Assembly: GCA_963675755.2 (NCBI GenBank)
Contig: CAXXMD010000003.1
Span: 128,001 to 192,000 of the forward strand
Direction of reading: 5' to 3'
Source: a bacterium
GTDB taxonomy: Bacteria; Zhuqueibacterota; Zhuqueibacteria; Residuimicrobiales; Krinioviventaceae
DNA length: 64,000 nucleotides
Within the stretch, counting starts at the first letter, position 1. Every line of letters begins with the position of its first letter. Both the position numbers and the translations under genes were made by a program. The notes beneath the pieces were generated by a model that saw nothing but the letters and a program-made list of their open reading frames with translations, searched no databases and was not told the DNA's origin. Positions 1 to 11,928 of this stretch are shown in pieces.

Positions 1-81
1 CGTAAGCACAGGTATGTTTAGTTTTGAATTATTCCAGGCATGTTCGAATTGGCTGAATAACTCGTAAACGAAAGGATAGTT

Positions 82-1803
82 ATGACTGGTGCAGAAATGA
101 TTTTACACGCTTTAAAACAGGAAGGCGTAAACGCGGTTTTCGGTTACCCGGGTGCCTCGGTAATCGATATTTTCGATTTATTGTATGATGGAGATATCCC
201 GTTTTATCTGGTAAGACATGAACAGGGTGCGGTACACGCAGCAGACGGCTTTGCCCGTGCATCCGGCAAAGTGGGAGTTTGTCTGGCCACTTCCGGACCC
301 GGTGCTACCAATCTGGTAACCGGTCTGGCTACAGCTCACATGGATTCAATCCCCATGGTTGCCATTACCGGCCAGGTAGCCACCCACCTGATCGGGAATG
401 ATGCGTTTCAGGAAGTCGATATGGTGGGTATCAGCAGACCCATTACCAAGCACAATTATCTGGTAAATTCAGTTGAGGAATTGCCCATAATTTTAAAACA
501 GGCCTTTCATATTGCACGCAGCGGCAGGCCCGGTCCGGTATTAATTGACATTCCCAAAGATCTTCAACGAATGGAATGTACCGTTCCCTATCCGGACCAT
601 ATAGAAATCTCCAGCTACAAGCCAACCTTAAAAGGCCATACGCAGCAGCTCAAAAAGGCGATAAATTTAATCGAGCGCAGTAAAAAACCGGTTATTTACG
701 CAGGGGGTGGTGTTATTGCCAGCGAAGCAAGCAGCGAACTTCGAACCTTTGCAGAAAAGATCAATGCTCCCGTCACAACGACATTGATGGGATTAGGGAT
801 TTACGATGAAACCGCACCCAATGCATTAAAAATGCTGGGGATGCACGGTACCGAATATGCCAACTACTCTATTCAGGCATGCGATTTATTGATTGCAGTT
901 GGTGCCCGTTTTGATGACAGGGTTACCGGCAAAGTTGATAAATTTGCACCCAACGCCAAAATCATTCATATTGATATCGATCCCACAACCATCCGTAAAA
1001 ACGTTCAGGTCAATATACCCATCGTTGGAGATGTTAAACATGTTCTGGCAGATCTGATAGAAATGATTGAGCAACAAGATAAAGCAGAATGGATTTCACA
1101 GGTGCGGGAATGGAAAGAAAAGCACCCCCTGACATTTAAAAACGATGGTTTTATTCAACCACAATTTGTGATCGAAAAAATCGCAGAAATGACAAACCAT
1201 AAAGCAATTATTACCACAGAAGTCGGCCAGAACCAGATGTGGACAGCACAGTTTTTCAATTTTAAACATCCGCGTACCTTTTTATCATCCGGCGGCCTGG
1301 GAACGATGGGCTATGGATTCCCCGCAGCTATTGGCGCTCAAATTGCCCACCCGGATAAAGTGGTGATTGATATAGCTGGCGACGGTAGCATCCAGATGAA
1401 TATACAGGAACTGGCAACCGCAGTTTTGTATCAAATACCAGTCAAAATCGTTATACTTAATAATCGTTCCCTGGGCATGGTAAGACAATGGCAGGCTATA
1501 TTCTATGACAGGCGTTTTGCATCAACCTGTCTGCGCCGCAATGCCCAATGTCCACCGCAATGTGAACAGACAGAAGAATTTTGTCCTACAGAGTATGTAC
1601 CCAATTTCGTCAAACTGGCCGAAGCTTATGGTGCAACCGGTCTTTATGCGGACAAAGTTGAGGATGTTGTGCCCACTTTGGAAAAAATGTTGAATACACC
1701 GGGTCCGGTTGTTGTTGAATTCAAGATAGAAGCGGAAGAAAATGTTTATCCCATGGTGCCGGCAGGCGCCCCGATTCATGAAATGATAAGAGGCATGGCA
1801 TAA
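82..1803 (+). CDS. ilvB: Acetolactate synthase large subunit, copy 1
   Basis: FGYPG, VRHEQGAVHAADGFAR, ATSGPGATN, SSGGLGTMGYG and ThDP-binding GDGS...NN motifs; RBS AAAGGA upstream. Confidence 0.96.
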   Translation: MTGAEMILHALKQEGVNAVFGYPGASVIDIFDLLYDGDIPFYLVRHEQGAVHAADGFARASGKVGVCLATSGPGATNLVTGLATAHMDSIPMVAITGQVATHLIGNDAFQEVDMVGISRPITKHNYLVNSVEELPIILKQAFHIARSGRPGPVLIDIPKDLQRMECTVPYPDHIEISSYKPTLKGHTQQLKKAINLIERSKKPVIYAGGGVIASEASSELRTFAEKINAPVTTTLMGLGIYDETAPNALKMLGMHGTEYANYSIQACDLLIAVGARFDDRVTGKVDKFAPNAKIIHIDIDPTTIRKNVQVNIPIVGDVKHVLADLIEMIEQQDKAEWISQVREWKEKHPLTFKNDGFIQPQFVIEKIAEMTNHKAIITTEVGQNQMWTAQFFNFKHPRTFLSSGGLGTMGYGFPAAIGAQIAHPDKVVIDIAGDGSIQMNIQELATAVLYQIPVKIVILNNRSLGMVRQWQAIFYDRRFASTCLRRNAQCPPQCEQTEEFCPTEYVPNFVKLAEAYGATGLYADKVEDVVPTLEKMLNTPGPVVVEFKIEAEENVYPMVPAGAPIHEMIRGMA

Positions 1804-1906
1804 AAAGCCAGAGAATTAAAAAATAATTGATAAAACTTAAATATTCTACAATCTTGAAATTATTGACGTTATTTATTTAAAAAACAAGACATAAAATATT
1901 TTTTTA

Positions 1907-1934
1907 TTGACTTTATCAAATAATTAGTTATATT
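1907..1934 (+). promoter_or_regulatory. Possible sigma70 promoter for the leader/ilv operon
   Basis: TTGACT (1907-1912), 16-nt spacer, TATATT (1929-1934) in an AT-rich intergenic region; a second TATAAT lies at 1949-1954. Confidence 0.4.
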
Positions 1935-2040
1935 TATTAATTCAATAGTATAATATTTAGAAAAATTCATGAGCACACATACGGCCACAAAATCATATCC
2001 TTTTTCAAACCCGTTAGCAATCGCTTACGGTAGGGGAGCT

Positions 2041-2178
2041 GTGTGCATACGTAATACGAATCTGAATATTCTACCATCCTTGTTAGTAAACTTACCGGGT
2101 GTGATTGTGCGACGCCTGGTGGTCGTGCCCATCATTATTCTAAACCTCTTGCTAGTGCTAATTCGCCTAAGCGAATAA
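2041..2178 (+). CDS. Attenuator leader peptide (45 aa, Leu/Ile/Val-rich, also Arg and Pro)
   Basis: GTG start after AGGGGAG; translates to VCIRNTNLNILPSLLVNLPGVIVRRLVVVPIIILNLLLVLIRLSE with 12 Leu (5 CTA codons), 7 Ile and 7 internal Val. An in-frame ATG at 1969 would give 69 aa. Confidence 0.85.
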   Translation: MCIRNTNLNILPSLLVNLPGVIVRRLVVVPIIILNLLLVLIRLSE

Positions 2179-2308
2179 GATACATGGTGCAAGAGGAAGC
2201 CAAAAAAATTTAATACACTACACAAAGCCTAAACGACCCGGAAAACGGGAAAACCCTCTGCACCATGAGACAAGGTGTTTTTTTAAATTTGATGAGGTAT
2301 TTTTTTTT
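2145..2308 (+). promoter_or_regulatory. Transcription attenuator with mutually exclusive 1:2, 2:3 and 3:4 helices
   Basis: CCTCTTGC (2145-2152) pairs with GCAAGAGG (2189-2196); CATGGTGCAAGAGG (2183-2196) pairs with CCTCTGCACCATG (2255-2267); CACC..GGTG (2261-2277) plus T7 and CCTC..GAGG (2255-2297) plus a T-run form the terminator. Confidence 0.8.
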
Positions 2309-2347
2309 GAGCAAAAAACAATACATACAACAAAAAAAAGGATAGTT

Positions 2348-4069
2348 ATGACTGGTGCAGAAATGATCGTTCACGCTTTAAAACAAGAAGGTGTACGTGC
2401 GTTATTCGGTTACCCGGGTGGTTCGGTGATCGATATCTTTGATGTATTGTACAAATCAGATCTTCCATTTTATCTTGTGCGGCATGAACAGGGTGCAGTC
2501 CACGCTGCAGACGGTTTTGCACGTGCATCCGGTGAAGTGGGTGTCTGTCTTGCAACATCAGGGCCGGGGGCTACAAACCTGGTAACAGGTTTAGCTACTG
2601 CTCATATGGACTCTATTCCGATGGTAGCAATAACAGGACAAGTTCATACTCATTTGATTGGTAACGATGCATTTCAAGAAGTCGACATTGTTGGCATCAG
2701 CAGACCCATTACAAAACACAATTATCTGGTTAGCTCGGTAGATGAATTGCCTAAAATTTTAAAACAAGCATTTTATCTGGCCCGCACGGGCAGACCTGGT
2801 CCGGTTTTGGTGGATATCCCCAAAGATATTCAACAAACCGAGTGCAAGGTCCCCTATCCGGATAAAGTTGAAATTCCAAGCTATAAACCCACAATGAAGG
2901 GCCATTTGCAGCAGCTCAAAAAAGTTGCCAAAGCCATTGAACAAAGTAAACAACCCGTTATTTACGCCGGTGGTGGTGTTATTGCAAGCGAAGCAAGCAA
3001 TGAACTGCGTACCTTTGCTAAAAAGATCAATGCTCCCGTTACTACAACGCTGATGGGACTCGGAATTTATGACGAGACTGATGATGATGCGTTAAAAATG
3101 CTGGGTATGCACGGTACGGAATATGCCAATTACTCTATTCAGGCATGCGATTTGTTGATTGCTGTTGGTGCTCGCTTTGATGACAGAGTTACCGGCAAAG
3201 TCGATAAATTCGCAGCCAATGCTACAATTATTCATATCGATATCGACCCTACAACCATTCGTAAAAACGTTCAGGTCAACATTCCTATCGTTGGTGATAT
3301 TAAACATGTGCTTACTGATCTGAACGAGCTCATTGAACAGCAGGATAAAAAAGAATGGATTTCTCAGGTTCATGAATGGAAAGAAAAACATCCGCTGGTT
3401 TACAAAAACGATGGTCACATTCAACCACAATATATCATTGAAAAACTGGCTGAAATGACTGATCACAATGCGGTTATCTCTACCGAAGTGGGTCAAAACC
3501 AGATGTGGGCGGCACAGTTTTACAATTATAAAAATCCGCGTACCTTTTTATCATCTGGCGGTTTGGGAACCATGGGTTACGGATTCCCCGCAGCCATTGG
3601 CGCCCAGGTTGCACAGCCGGACAAGGTCGTTATTGATATTGCGGGTGACGGCAGCATCCAGATGAACATTCAGGAACTGGCCACCGCGGTATTGTATCAA
3701 ATACCCGTCAAGATTGTAATCCTCAACAATCGCTCACTTGGCATGGTGAGACAATGGCAGGGTATATTCTATGACAGACGCTTTTCATCTACGTGTTTGC
3801 GGCGTAATGCCATGTGTCCACCGCAATGTGAACAAACAGAGGAGTTCTGCCCGGAAGAATACGTTCCCAATTTCGTCAAACTGGCAGAAGCCTATGGAGC
3901 AACCGGTCTTTATGCGGATAAAGTTGAGGATGTAGTACCAACTTTGGAAAAAATGCTGAATACTCCGGGCCCGGTTGTTGTTGAATTCAAGATAGAAGCT
4001 GAAGAAAATGTTTACCCCATGGTGCCGGCTGGTGCCCCAATCCATGAAATGATAAGAGGAATGGCATAA
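2348..4069 (+). CDS. ilvB: Acetolactate synthase large subunit, copy 2
   Basis: Same motifs and same 573-aa length as copy 1; stop overlaps the ilvN start (TAATG). Confidence 0.96.
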   Translation: MTGAEMIVHALKQEGVRALFGYPGGSVIDIFDVLYKSDLPFYLVRHEQGAVHAADGFARASGEVGVCLATSGPGATNLVTGLATAHMDSIPMVAITGQVHTHLIGNDAFQEVDIVGISRPITKHNYLVSSVDELPKILKQAFYLARTGRPGPVLVDIPKDIQQTECKVPYPDKVEIPSYKPTMKGHLQQLKKVAKAIEQSKQPVIYAGGGVIASEASNELRTFAKKINAPVTTTLMGLGIYDETDDDALKMLGMHGTEYANYSIQACDLLIAVGARFDDRVTGKVDKFAANATIIHIDIDPTTIRKNVQVNIPIVGDIKHVLTDLNELIEQQDKKEWISQVHEWKEKHPLVYKNDGHIQPQYIIEKLAEMTDHNAVISTEVGQNQMWAAQFYNYKNPRTFLSSGGLGTMGYGFPAAIGAQVAQPDKVVIDIAGDGSIQMNIQELATAVLYQIPVKIVILNNRSLGMVRQWQGIFYDRRFSSTCLRRNAMCPPQCEQTEEFCPEEYVPNFVKLAEAYGATGLYADKVEDVVPTLEKMLNTPGPVVVEFKIEAEENVYPMVPAGAPIHEMIRGMA

Positions 4070-4557
4070 TGAGACATATAATTAATTTAGAAGTCGAAAA
4101 CAATCCGGGTGTACTGGCAAGGATATCAGGACTTTTCAGCGCGCGCGGATTCAACATCGAGGCCATTTCGGTTGGAAAACCCGAAACCAACATGACCTCG
4201 CGTATGACCCTCGTAGTTAGAGGAAATGATGAAGTAATTGAACAAGTCAGCAAACAACTCAACAAACTTATTGATGTAATACGTGTAACCGATGTTACCA
4301 GCAATTATTACGTCAGTCGTGATCTGGTATTGGTCAAAGTTACGTGTCCACCGGCCAAACGTACCGAAATCTCTCAACTGATCGGTATTTTTGACGCCAA
4401 GGTTGTTGACATTAGCAACAAAACCATGACACTGGAACTGGCAGGCAGTGAAGCCAAAGTAAACGCATTTATTGAAACTATTCGTCCTTATGGAGTAAAA
4501 GAACTGGCCCGCTCCGGAACCATTGCCATGTTGCGGGATTCAAACGGAAAAATCTAA
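4069..4557 (+). CDS. ilvN: Acetolactate synthase small regulatory subunit
   Basis: ACT domain VENNPGVLARISGLFSARGFNI, KQLNKLIDVIRV, C-terminal ELARSG. Confidence 0.96.
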   Translation: MRHIINLEVENNPGVLARISGLFSARGFNIEAISVGKPETNMTSRMTLVVRGNDEVIEQVSKQLNKLIDVIRVTDVTSNYYVSRDLVLVKVTCPPAKRTEISQLIGIFDAKVVDISNKTMTLELAGSEAKVNAFIETIRPYGVKELARSGTIAMLRDSNGKI

Positions 4558-4575
4558 CAAAAACTATAAACTTAA

Positions 4576-5580
<1,005 letters not shown>

Positions 5581-5591
5581 TAGAGGTTATT

Positions 5592-7133
5592 ATGGATAAA
5601 AATCGCGTAGTGGTATTCGACACAACCTTGCGCGATGGTGAACAATCACCGGGTGCAAGTTTGGATGTACCCGACAAGGTAGCCATTGCACATCAATTAG
5701 CACGTTTAAAAGTAGATGTAATCGAGGCGGGTTTCCCTGTATCATCGGAAGCCCAGTTTAATGCGGTGAAATTGATTGCTCATGAAGTAAAAGGACCGGT
5801 AATTGCGGCTCTTGCCCGATGTGTCGATCTGGATCTGGATAAAGCGGGCGAAGCCTTGAAAGGAGCAGAAAAACCGCGTATTCATACGTTTGTTGCAACT
5901 TCAAAAATACATTTGGAAAAGAAATTCCGTAAATCCGAAGACGAAATTCTGGAAATGGCTGTTGCCGGAGTAAAACGGGCAAGAAAATACTGCGATGACG
6001 TAGAGTTCTCTCCCGAAGATTCTGCACGTACCGGTAAAGAATTCCTGTTTCGCATTGTTGAAGCAGCTATCAATGCCGGTGCTACAACCATCAACATTCC
6101 GGATACGGTGGGATATTCGAATCCCGAAGAATTCGGTAATTTGATCAATCAGATCATGAACACGGTACCCAATGTAGACAAGGCTATTATCAGCGTTCAC
6201 TGCCACAACGACTTGGGTTTGGCAGTTGCCAATACCCTGGCAGGTGTTCGTAATGGCGCACGTCAAATTGAAGTAACAGTAAACGGTATTGGTGAACGCG
6301 CGGGCAATGCTTCTCTCGAAGAAGTAGTTATGGCATTAAAAACCCGTCATAACTATTATAATATCAATACCAACATAAACAGTCAAGAGATCATTAACAC
6401 CAGTCGTATGGTTAGTAACCTGACAGGTATTATGGTACAGCCCAACAAGGCAATTGTAGGTGCAAACGCGTTTGCTCACGAATCCGGCATTCATCAGGAT
6501 GCCATGATCAAAGATGCCAGCACCTACGAGATCATGACTCCCCACGAAATCGGTCTTGATGCAAGTAAAATTGTATTGGGTCGTCATTCCGGTCGTCATG
6601 GTTTGAAACAGCGTTTGATAGAACTGGGTTATCATCTGAACCCGGAAGAACTGAACCATGTTTATGAAAGATTTCTTGAAATTGCTGATAAAAAGAAGGA
6701 AGTCTTTGACGAAGATCTCATTGCACTGGTTGGTGATGAATCTCAGGATTATGAAGATGCTTATCATCTCGACTATTTTCATATACTGAGTGGCAACAAG
6801 GCTATTCCCACAGCTACTGTTGGATTGAAACACAAAGATGAAATAATTCAGGATGCTTCCGTTGGTGATGGCCCCATTGACGCAGCTTATAAAGCTATAG
6901 ACAAGATAGTAAACGTTCCCCTGAAACTGGCAGAATATTCTTTACGCGGTGTAACCGGTGGTAAAGAAGCAATGGGTGAAGTGGTTGTACGTGTAATCCA
7001 GGACGGGAAAAAATTTCTGGGTCGCGGTGCCAGCACGGATGTCATTGAAGCAAGTATCAGGGCCTATCTTAATGCTGTGAACAAAAGCATGCATATGCAT
7101 TCAAAAACCACGGAAGAAAAAGCAGAATTATAG
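5592..7133 (+). CDS. leuA: 2-isopropylmalate synthase
   Basis: [39 protein letters not shown]-terminal regulatory GDGPIDA. Confidence 0.96.
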   Translation: MDKNRVVVFDTTLRDGEQSPGASLDVPDKVAIAHQLARLKVDVIEAGFPVSSEAQFNAVKLIAHEVKGPVIAALARCVDLDLDKAGEALKGAEKPRIHTFVATSKIHLEKKFRKSEDEILEMAVAGVKRARKYCDDVEFSPEDSARTGKEFLFRIVEAAINAGATTINIPDTVGYSNPEEFGNLINQIMNTVPNVDKAIISVHCHNDLGLAVANTLAGVRNGARQIEVTVNGIGERAGNASLEEVVMALKTRHNYYNINTNINSQEIINTSRMVSNLTGIMVQPNKAIVGANAFAHESGIHQDAMIKDASTYEIMTPHEIGLDASKIVLGRHSGRHGLKQRLIELGYHLNPEELNHVYERFLEIADKKKEVFDEDLIALVGDESQDYEDAYHLDYFHILSGNKAIPTATVGLKHKDEIIQDASVGDGPIDAAYKAIDKIVNVPLKLAEYSLRGVTGGKEAMGEVVVRVIQDGKKFLGRGASTDVIEASIRAYLNAVNKSMHMHSKTTEEKAEL

Positions 7134-7141
7134 GACATACA

Positions 7142-8230
7142 ATGAAAAAAGACAACTATACAATAGCAGTCCTGCCGGGAGATGGTATTGGCCCCGAAGT
7201 AGTGGCAGAGGCTGTCAAAGTTCTGGAAACCATCGCAACAACCAGTAATTTTACCATTACTGCAAATTATGCCGATGTAGGTGGTGTTGCCATCGATAAA
7301 TATGACAATCCCCTGCCAGAAGAAACACTGAACACATGTAAACAAGCAGATGCTGTTTTGCTGGGCGCTATTGGTGCGCCCCAATACGACAATCTGCCCT
7401 CAGATAAACGTCCCGAACGCGGCCTGTTGGGTCTGCGCGCAGGTCTGGGCCTTTATGCAAATCTACGTCCGGCCAAGGTTTATCCCAGTCTTGTAGATGC
7501 ATCAAGCCTGAAACCCGAGCTGGTTTCAGGTATTGACATTCTCATTGTAAGGGAATTAACCGGTGGTATTTATTTCGGCCAACCACGCGGATTCGACGAT
7601 AAAGACAATGGCCGTGGATTCAATACCATGGTTTACACAAAACACGAAGTTGAGCGTATTGCCAAAATCGCTTTTGACGCGGCACAAAAACGTGGTAAAA
7701 AAGTAATGTCTGTTGACAAGGCAAACGTGCTTGAAGTATCACAGTTCTGGCGGGAACAGGTTATCAACACAGCCAAATCGTATCCCGATGTTGAACTTGA
7801 TCACATGTATGTTGACAATTGCGCAATGCAGCTTGTGCGCTGGCCCAAACAATTTGATGTTATTGTTACAGGAAATCTGTTTGGAGATATTCTCAGCGAC
7901 GAAGCATCCATGCTAACAGGGTCACTGGGCATGCTTCCTTCTGCCAGTATGGGTGATGGAACAGCAATGTATGAACCTGTGCACGGTTCAGCACCTGATA
8001 TTGCAGGAAAAAGCATCGCGAATCCCATTGCAACCATAGCATCAGTAGCCATGATGTTACGCCATTCAATGGATCGCGCTGCAGAAGCAGATGCGCTGGA
8101 AAAGGCCATCGATGAAATTCTTAAAGATGGCTACCGCACCAAAGATATTGCCCTTGAAGGTGAAGACACGATCTCTACCACAGAAATGGGAAATCTGGTT
8201 GCGGAAAAGGTAAAATCTTTGCTAAATTAA
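7142..8230 (+). CDS. leuB: 3-isopropylmalate dehydrogenase
   Basis: [49 protein letters not shown]. Confidence 0.97.
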   Translation: MKKDNYTIAVLPGDGIGPEVVAEAVKVLETIATTSNFTITANYADVGGVAIDKYDNPLPEETLNTCKQADAVLLGAIGAPQYDNLPSDKRPERGLLGLRAGLGLYANLRPAKVYPSLVDASSLKPELVSGIDILIVRELTGGIYFGQPRGFDDKDNGRGFNTMVYTKHEVERIAKIAFDAAQKRGKKVMSVDKANVLEVSQFWREQVINTAKSYPDVELDHMYVDNCAMQLVRWPKQFDVIVTGNLFGDILSDEASMLTGSLGMLPSASMGDGTAMYEPVHGSAPDIAGKSIANPIATIASVAMMLRHSMDRAAEADALEKAIDEILKDGYRTKDIALEGEDTISTTEMGNLVAEKVKSLLN

Positions 8231-8255
8231 CAAATATGAATAATGGAGGCATCAT

Positions 8256-9854
8256 ATGCCGGAACAACTGATTATATATGATACAACACTACGTGATGGT
8301 TCACAAAGTGAAGGAATCTCGTTCTCGGCACTGGACAAGATCATGATCGCCCAACGTCTTGATGACTTTGGCGTAAATTATATTGAAGGGGGTTGGCCAG
8401 GCTCTAACCCCAAAGATATGGAATTCTTTACCCGTGCCGTTGATGTTGAATGGAAAAATGCTAAAATTGCGGCATTCGGCAGTACCCGACGTGTGAAATC
8501 CAAAGTGTGGGAAGACGCCAATATAAAATTACTGCTGGAAGCCAAAACACCGGTAGTAACCATTTTTGGCAAAACCTGGGACCTGCATGTAACCGAAGGG
8601 TTACGTACTACTTTGGATATTAACCTTGAATTAATTCGGGATTCTATTGCCTATTTAAAAGATCAGGGTAAAGAGGTGGTATATGATGCTGAACATTTTT
8701 TCGACGGATACAAAGACAATCCCGAATACGCGCTAAAAACGCTCGAGGTTGCCAAAGATGCTGGTGCGGACTGCCTGGTGTTGTGTGACACCAATGGCGG
8801 TACCCTGCCCAGCGAAGTAAAATCCATTATCGACGCGGTTTATGCAACCAATCTAAACATTCCTCTCGGAATGCATGCGCATAACGACGGTGATGTTGCT
8901 GTTGCAAACAGCATTGTTGCGCTGGAAAACAAGATAATGCACATTCAGGGCACAATGAATGGCTATGGTGAACGCTGCGGAAACGCCAATTTGTGCACCA
9001 TCATTGCAAATGCCGCGTTAAAAATGAACATAGGAACATCAGAAAAACTCAAACTCAATGAACTGACACAATTATCACGCTATGTCAGCGAAATGGCCAA
9101 TCTCCCCCATCGTGAAGAGATGGCTTTTGTAGGTAACAGTGCTTTTGCTCACAAAGGCGGCATCCATGTTAGCGCGATACGACGTAATCGTCGTACGTAC
9201 GAACATATCGATCCGGCAACCATTGGAAACCGTCAGCGAGTGCTCATTTCTGACCAATCCGGTCAAAGTAATATTCTGCAAAAAGCGGAAGAAATGGGCC
9301 TTGACCTGACAAGCAATAAAGAAGCAGTACATGACATTGTCAATCGCCTCAAAGATATGGAGCATCTCGGCTATCAGTATGAAGGTGCAGACGGCTCTTT
9401 TGAGATTTTGATTAACAAATCAACCGGCGAGCACAAGGAATTCTTTGACCTTGAAAGTGCACGTGTGATTATTGACAAGCACGAAAAACTCGGCAAACTT
9501 TACTCAGAAGCCATGGTAAAAATGAGAGTTGGCGGTAAAGTTGAACATACCGCAGCCGAAGGCAATGGTCCGATTGATGCATTAGACAATGCCATGCGTA
9601 AAGCATTGGAACCTTTTTATCCATCACTGAAAAAGATAAAATTAATAGATTACAAGGTGCGTGTATTAAACAGCACCCAGGGAACAGCAGCCAAAGTCCG
9701 TGTATATATTGAATCGCAGGCTGATGATATGATCTGGGGAACCGTAGGTGTTTCTGAAAATATCATCGAGGCAAGCTGGCAGGCGCTGGTTGACCGCATC
9801 AACTATATGCTGTTAAAGCTGGAAAAGAACAATCTAAATGGTGCAGCAGACTGA
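8256..9854 (+). CDS. cimA: Citramalate synthase
   Basis: YDTTLRDGSQ, EGGWPGSNPKD, YDAEHFFDG, LCDTNGG, FAHKGGIHVSA, WGTVGVSENIIEASW, all typical of bacterial CimA. Confidence 0.9.
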   Translation: MPEQLIIYDTTLRDGSQSEGISFSALDKIMIAQRLDDFGVNYIEGGWPGSNPKDMEFFTRAVDVEWKNAKIAAFGSTRRVKSKVWEDANIKLLLEAKTPVVTIFGKTWDLHVTEGLRTTLDINLELIRDSIAYLKDQGKEVVYDAEHFFDGYKDNPEYALKTLEVAKDAGADCLVLCDTNGGTLPSEVKSIIDAVYATNLNIPLGMHAHNDGDVAVANSIVALENKIMHIQGTMNGYGERCGNANLCTIIANAALKMNIGTSEKLKLNELTQLSRYVSEMANLPHREEMAFVGNSAFAHKGGIHVSAIRRNRRTYEHIDPATIGNRQRVLISDQSGQSNILQKAEEMGLDLTSNKEAVHDIVNRLKDMEHLGYQYEGADGSFEILINKSTGEHKEFFDLESARVIIDKHEKLGKLYSEAMVKMRVGGKVEHTAAEGNGPIDALDNAMRKALEPFYPSLKKIKLIDYKVRVLNSTQGTAAKVRVYIESQADDMIWGTVGVSENIIEASWQALVDRINYMLLKLEKNNLNGAAD

Positions 9855-11071
9855 TGCAAACAAAAAAAATAAAAATTGAAAAAGGATCCATTACCACACC
9901 CAAAGGCTTTCGAGCTGCAGGTGTTCATGCGCGTATTAAACAAAAAGGCCCGGATCTGGCACTTATCATGAGCGATACCCCCGCAACACTTGGGGCCATG
10001 TTTACAACCAATAAAGTTCCGGCACATTGTATCAATATCGATCGTGCCAAAGCTGTCTCGGGTCAGGGACAGGTTTTAGTCATTAACAGCGGCAATGCCA
10101 ACGCCTGTACCGGTGAGCAGGGCCGGCTTGATGCGGAAGAAATGATAGATCGTACCGCCAAAGGTACCAGTACTGATCCCGATCTGGTTTACGTTGCCAA
10201 TACGGGTATCATTGGCGAAAAGCTTCCCATGGATTTGCTGCGCAAAGGAATTGACAAAGCATGCTGTAGTCTTACTGACGACACAGGCGGAGTAGACGCG
10301 GCATGGGCCATTATGACAACAGATACCTATCCCAAACATTTATCTGTCACGTTTAAATTGGATGAAAAGCCCGTTACCATTGGCGTCATTGCCAAAGGCA
10401 GCGGAATGATTAATCCCAATATGGCAACCATGATCTGTGTATTCACAACAGACGCTGCAATCACCCCTGAAATGCTGCAACAGGCATTAAAAGAAACGGT
10501 TGATGTTTCACTAAACATGCTGACCGTAGATGGTGAAATGAGCACCAATGACAGTGTCTTTATATTGGCCAACGGTGCGGCCGAAAACCCCGTCATATCC
10601 GAAAAAGATAAAAATTACCAAATATTTCAAAAAGCACTCGAAGCCCTGGGCATAGAGATCACCAAACTAATCGCACTGGATGGTGAAGGTGCAACCAAAC
10701 TTGTTATTGTAACCGTTGATGGTGCAAGAACGTATGAAGATGCGGTCAAGGCATCCAACTCTATTGCCAACTCGAACCTTGTTAAAACTGCAATCTTTGG
10801 CAGAGATCCCAACTGGGGCCGTGTAGTACAGGCCATTGGAGCCAGCGGTGCAGAAGTGGATCTTGATTCGTTCAGCATCCAGTTTGCGGGTATTTCAGTA
10901 GCTGAAAACGGGGGCTCGATTGATTACGATTCCCTTGAAATGCACGTTGCCCTGCAGAAAAAAGAGGTGCACATTCACGCTGATCTGGGAGTAGGTAAAG
11001 AAAGCGCTACCGTTTATACCTGCGACCTCACTCATGACTATATCAGTATTAACGCGGAATATCACACATAG
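9854..11071 (+). CDS. argJ: Bifunctional glutamate N-acetyltransferase / ornithine acetyltransferase
   Basis: NSGNANACTG, AIMTTD, KGSGMINPNMATM autocleavage motif, DGEGATK, DPNWGR. Confidence 0.97.
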   Translation: MQTKKIKIEKGSITTPKGFRAAGVHARIKQKGPDLALIMSDTPATLGAMFTTNKVPAHCINIDRAKAVSGQGQVLVINSGNANACTGEQGRLDAEEMIDRTAKGTSTDPDLVYVANTGIIGEKLPMDLLRKGIDKACCSLTDDTGGVDAAWAIMTTDTYPKHLSVTFKLDEKPVTIGVIAKGSGMINPNMATMICVFTTDAAITPEMLQQALKETVDVSLNMLTVDGEMSTNDSVFILANGAAENPVISEKDKNYQIFQKALEALGIEITKLIALDGEGATKLVIVTVDGARTYEDAVKASNSIANSNLVKTAIFGRDPNWGRVVQAIGASGAEVDLDSFSIQFAGISVAENGGSIDYDSLEMHVALQKKEVHIHADLGVGKESATVYTCDLTHDYISINAEYHT

Positions 11072-11081
11072 GAGAATCATT

Positions 11082-11927
11082 GTGCTGTTTAGCAGAAAGA
11101 TAGCATTTATTGGCGCCGGTAATATGGGCGAAGCGCTCCTGGGTGGATTGTTAAAATCCAACCTGACCAACCCGGAAAACATTATTGCAACCGATGTATT
11201 GCAGGAACGACTGGACATTATTTCAGAAAAATGGCAGGTTGAAACAACCACAGACAACCTTAAAGCAATCGACTTTGCGGATGTTATTGTATTGTGTGTC
11301 AAGCCACAAACCATTGCGGATGTTTTAACAAATATCAAAGCAAACGTACGCTCAGAACAACTTATTATCTCTATTGTTGCCGGTATTACCACCAAAACTA
11401 TAGACTATTTTATCAACAAAAACAATCCGGTTGTACGCGCCATGCCCAACATCCCCGCTGTTGTGGATGAAGGTGCGGCAGGTATCTGCATGGGTGAACA
11501 TACCCAGGCTATTCATAAGGAAATAGCTCTGGCTATACTGGGTTCCGTGGGTACGGTTGAAATTGTTACCGAAGCACAAATGGATGTTGTTACCGGTTTG
11601 AGCGGCAGCGGTCCCGCTTATATCTATATGGTTATAGAAGCATTGACTGACGGCGGTGTAATGATGGGGCTGCCCCGCAACGTGGCCACCAAACTTGCCA
11701 CACAAACCGTTCTGGGCTCGGCCAAACTGGTTAAAGAAACCAACATTCACCCGGCAATTCTCAGAGACCAGGTTACTACTCCGGGTGGCACAACCATCAA
11801 AGCCATTCAGGGGCTGGAAGAAAACGGACTTCGCCCTATGCTGATCAAAGCGGTAGAGATTGCTTCTCTACGTTCTCAAGAATTATCGCATTTCCTGGAA
11901 ATGCAAAACACAAACAAGAAAAAATAA
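11082..11927 (+). CDS. proC: Pyrroline-5-carboxylate reductase
   Basis: FIGAGNMG, RAMPN, TGLSGSGPAY, VTTPGGTT; GTG start at 11082 after AGGAG. Confidence 0.96.
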   Translation: MLFSRKIAFIGAGNMGEALLGGLLKSNLTNPENIIATDVLQERLDIISEKWQVETTTDNLKAIDFADVIVLCVKPQTIADVLTNIKANVRSEQLIISIVAGITTKTIDYFINKNNPVVRAMPNIPAVVDEGAAGICMGEHTQAIHKEIALAILGSVGTVEIVTEAQMDVVTGLSGSGPAYIYMVIEALTDGGVMMGLPRNVATKLATQTVLGSAKLVKETNIHPAILRDQVTTPGGTTIKAIQGLEENGLRPMLIKAVEIASLRSQELSHFLEMQNTNKKK

Positions 11928-11928
11928 C

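Noticed and set aside
1969-2178. Leader ORF as a small membrane protein or type I toxin
   Set aside because: Its hydrophobicity is explained by Leu/Ile/Val control codons that overlap the attenuator helices
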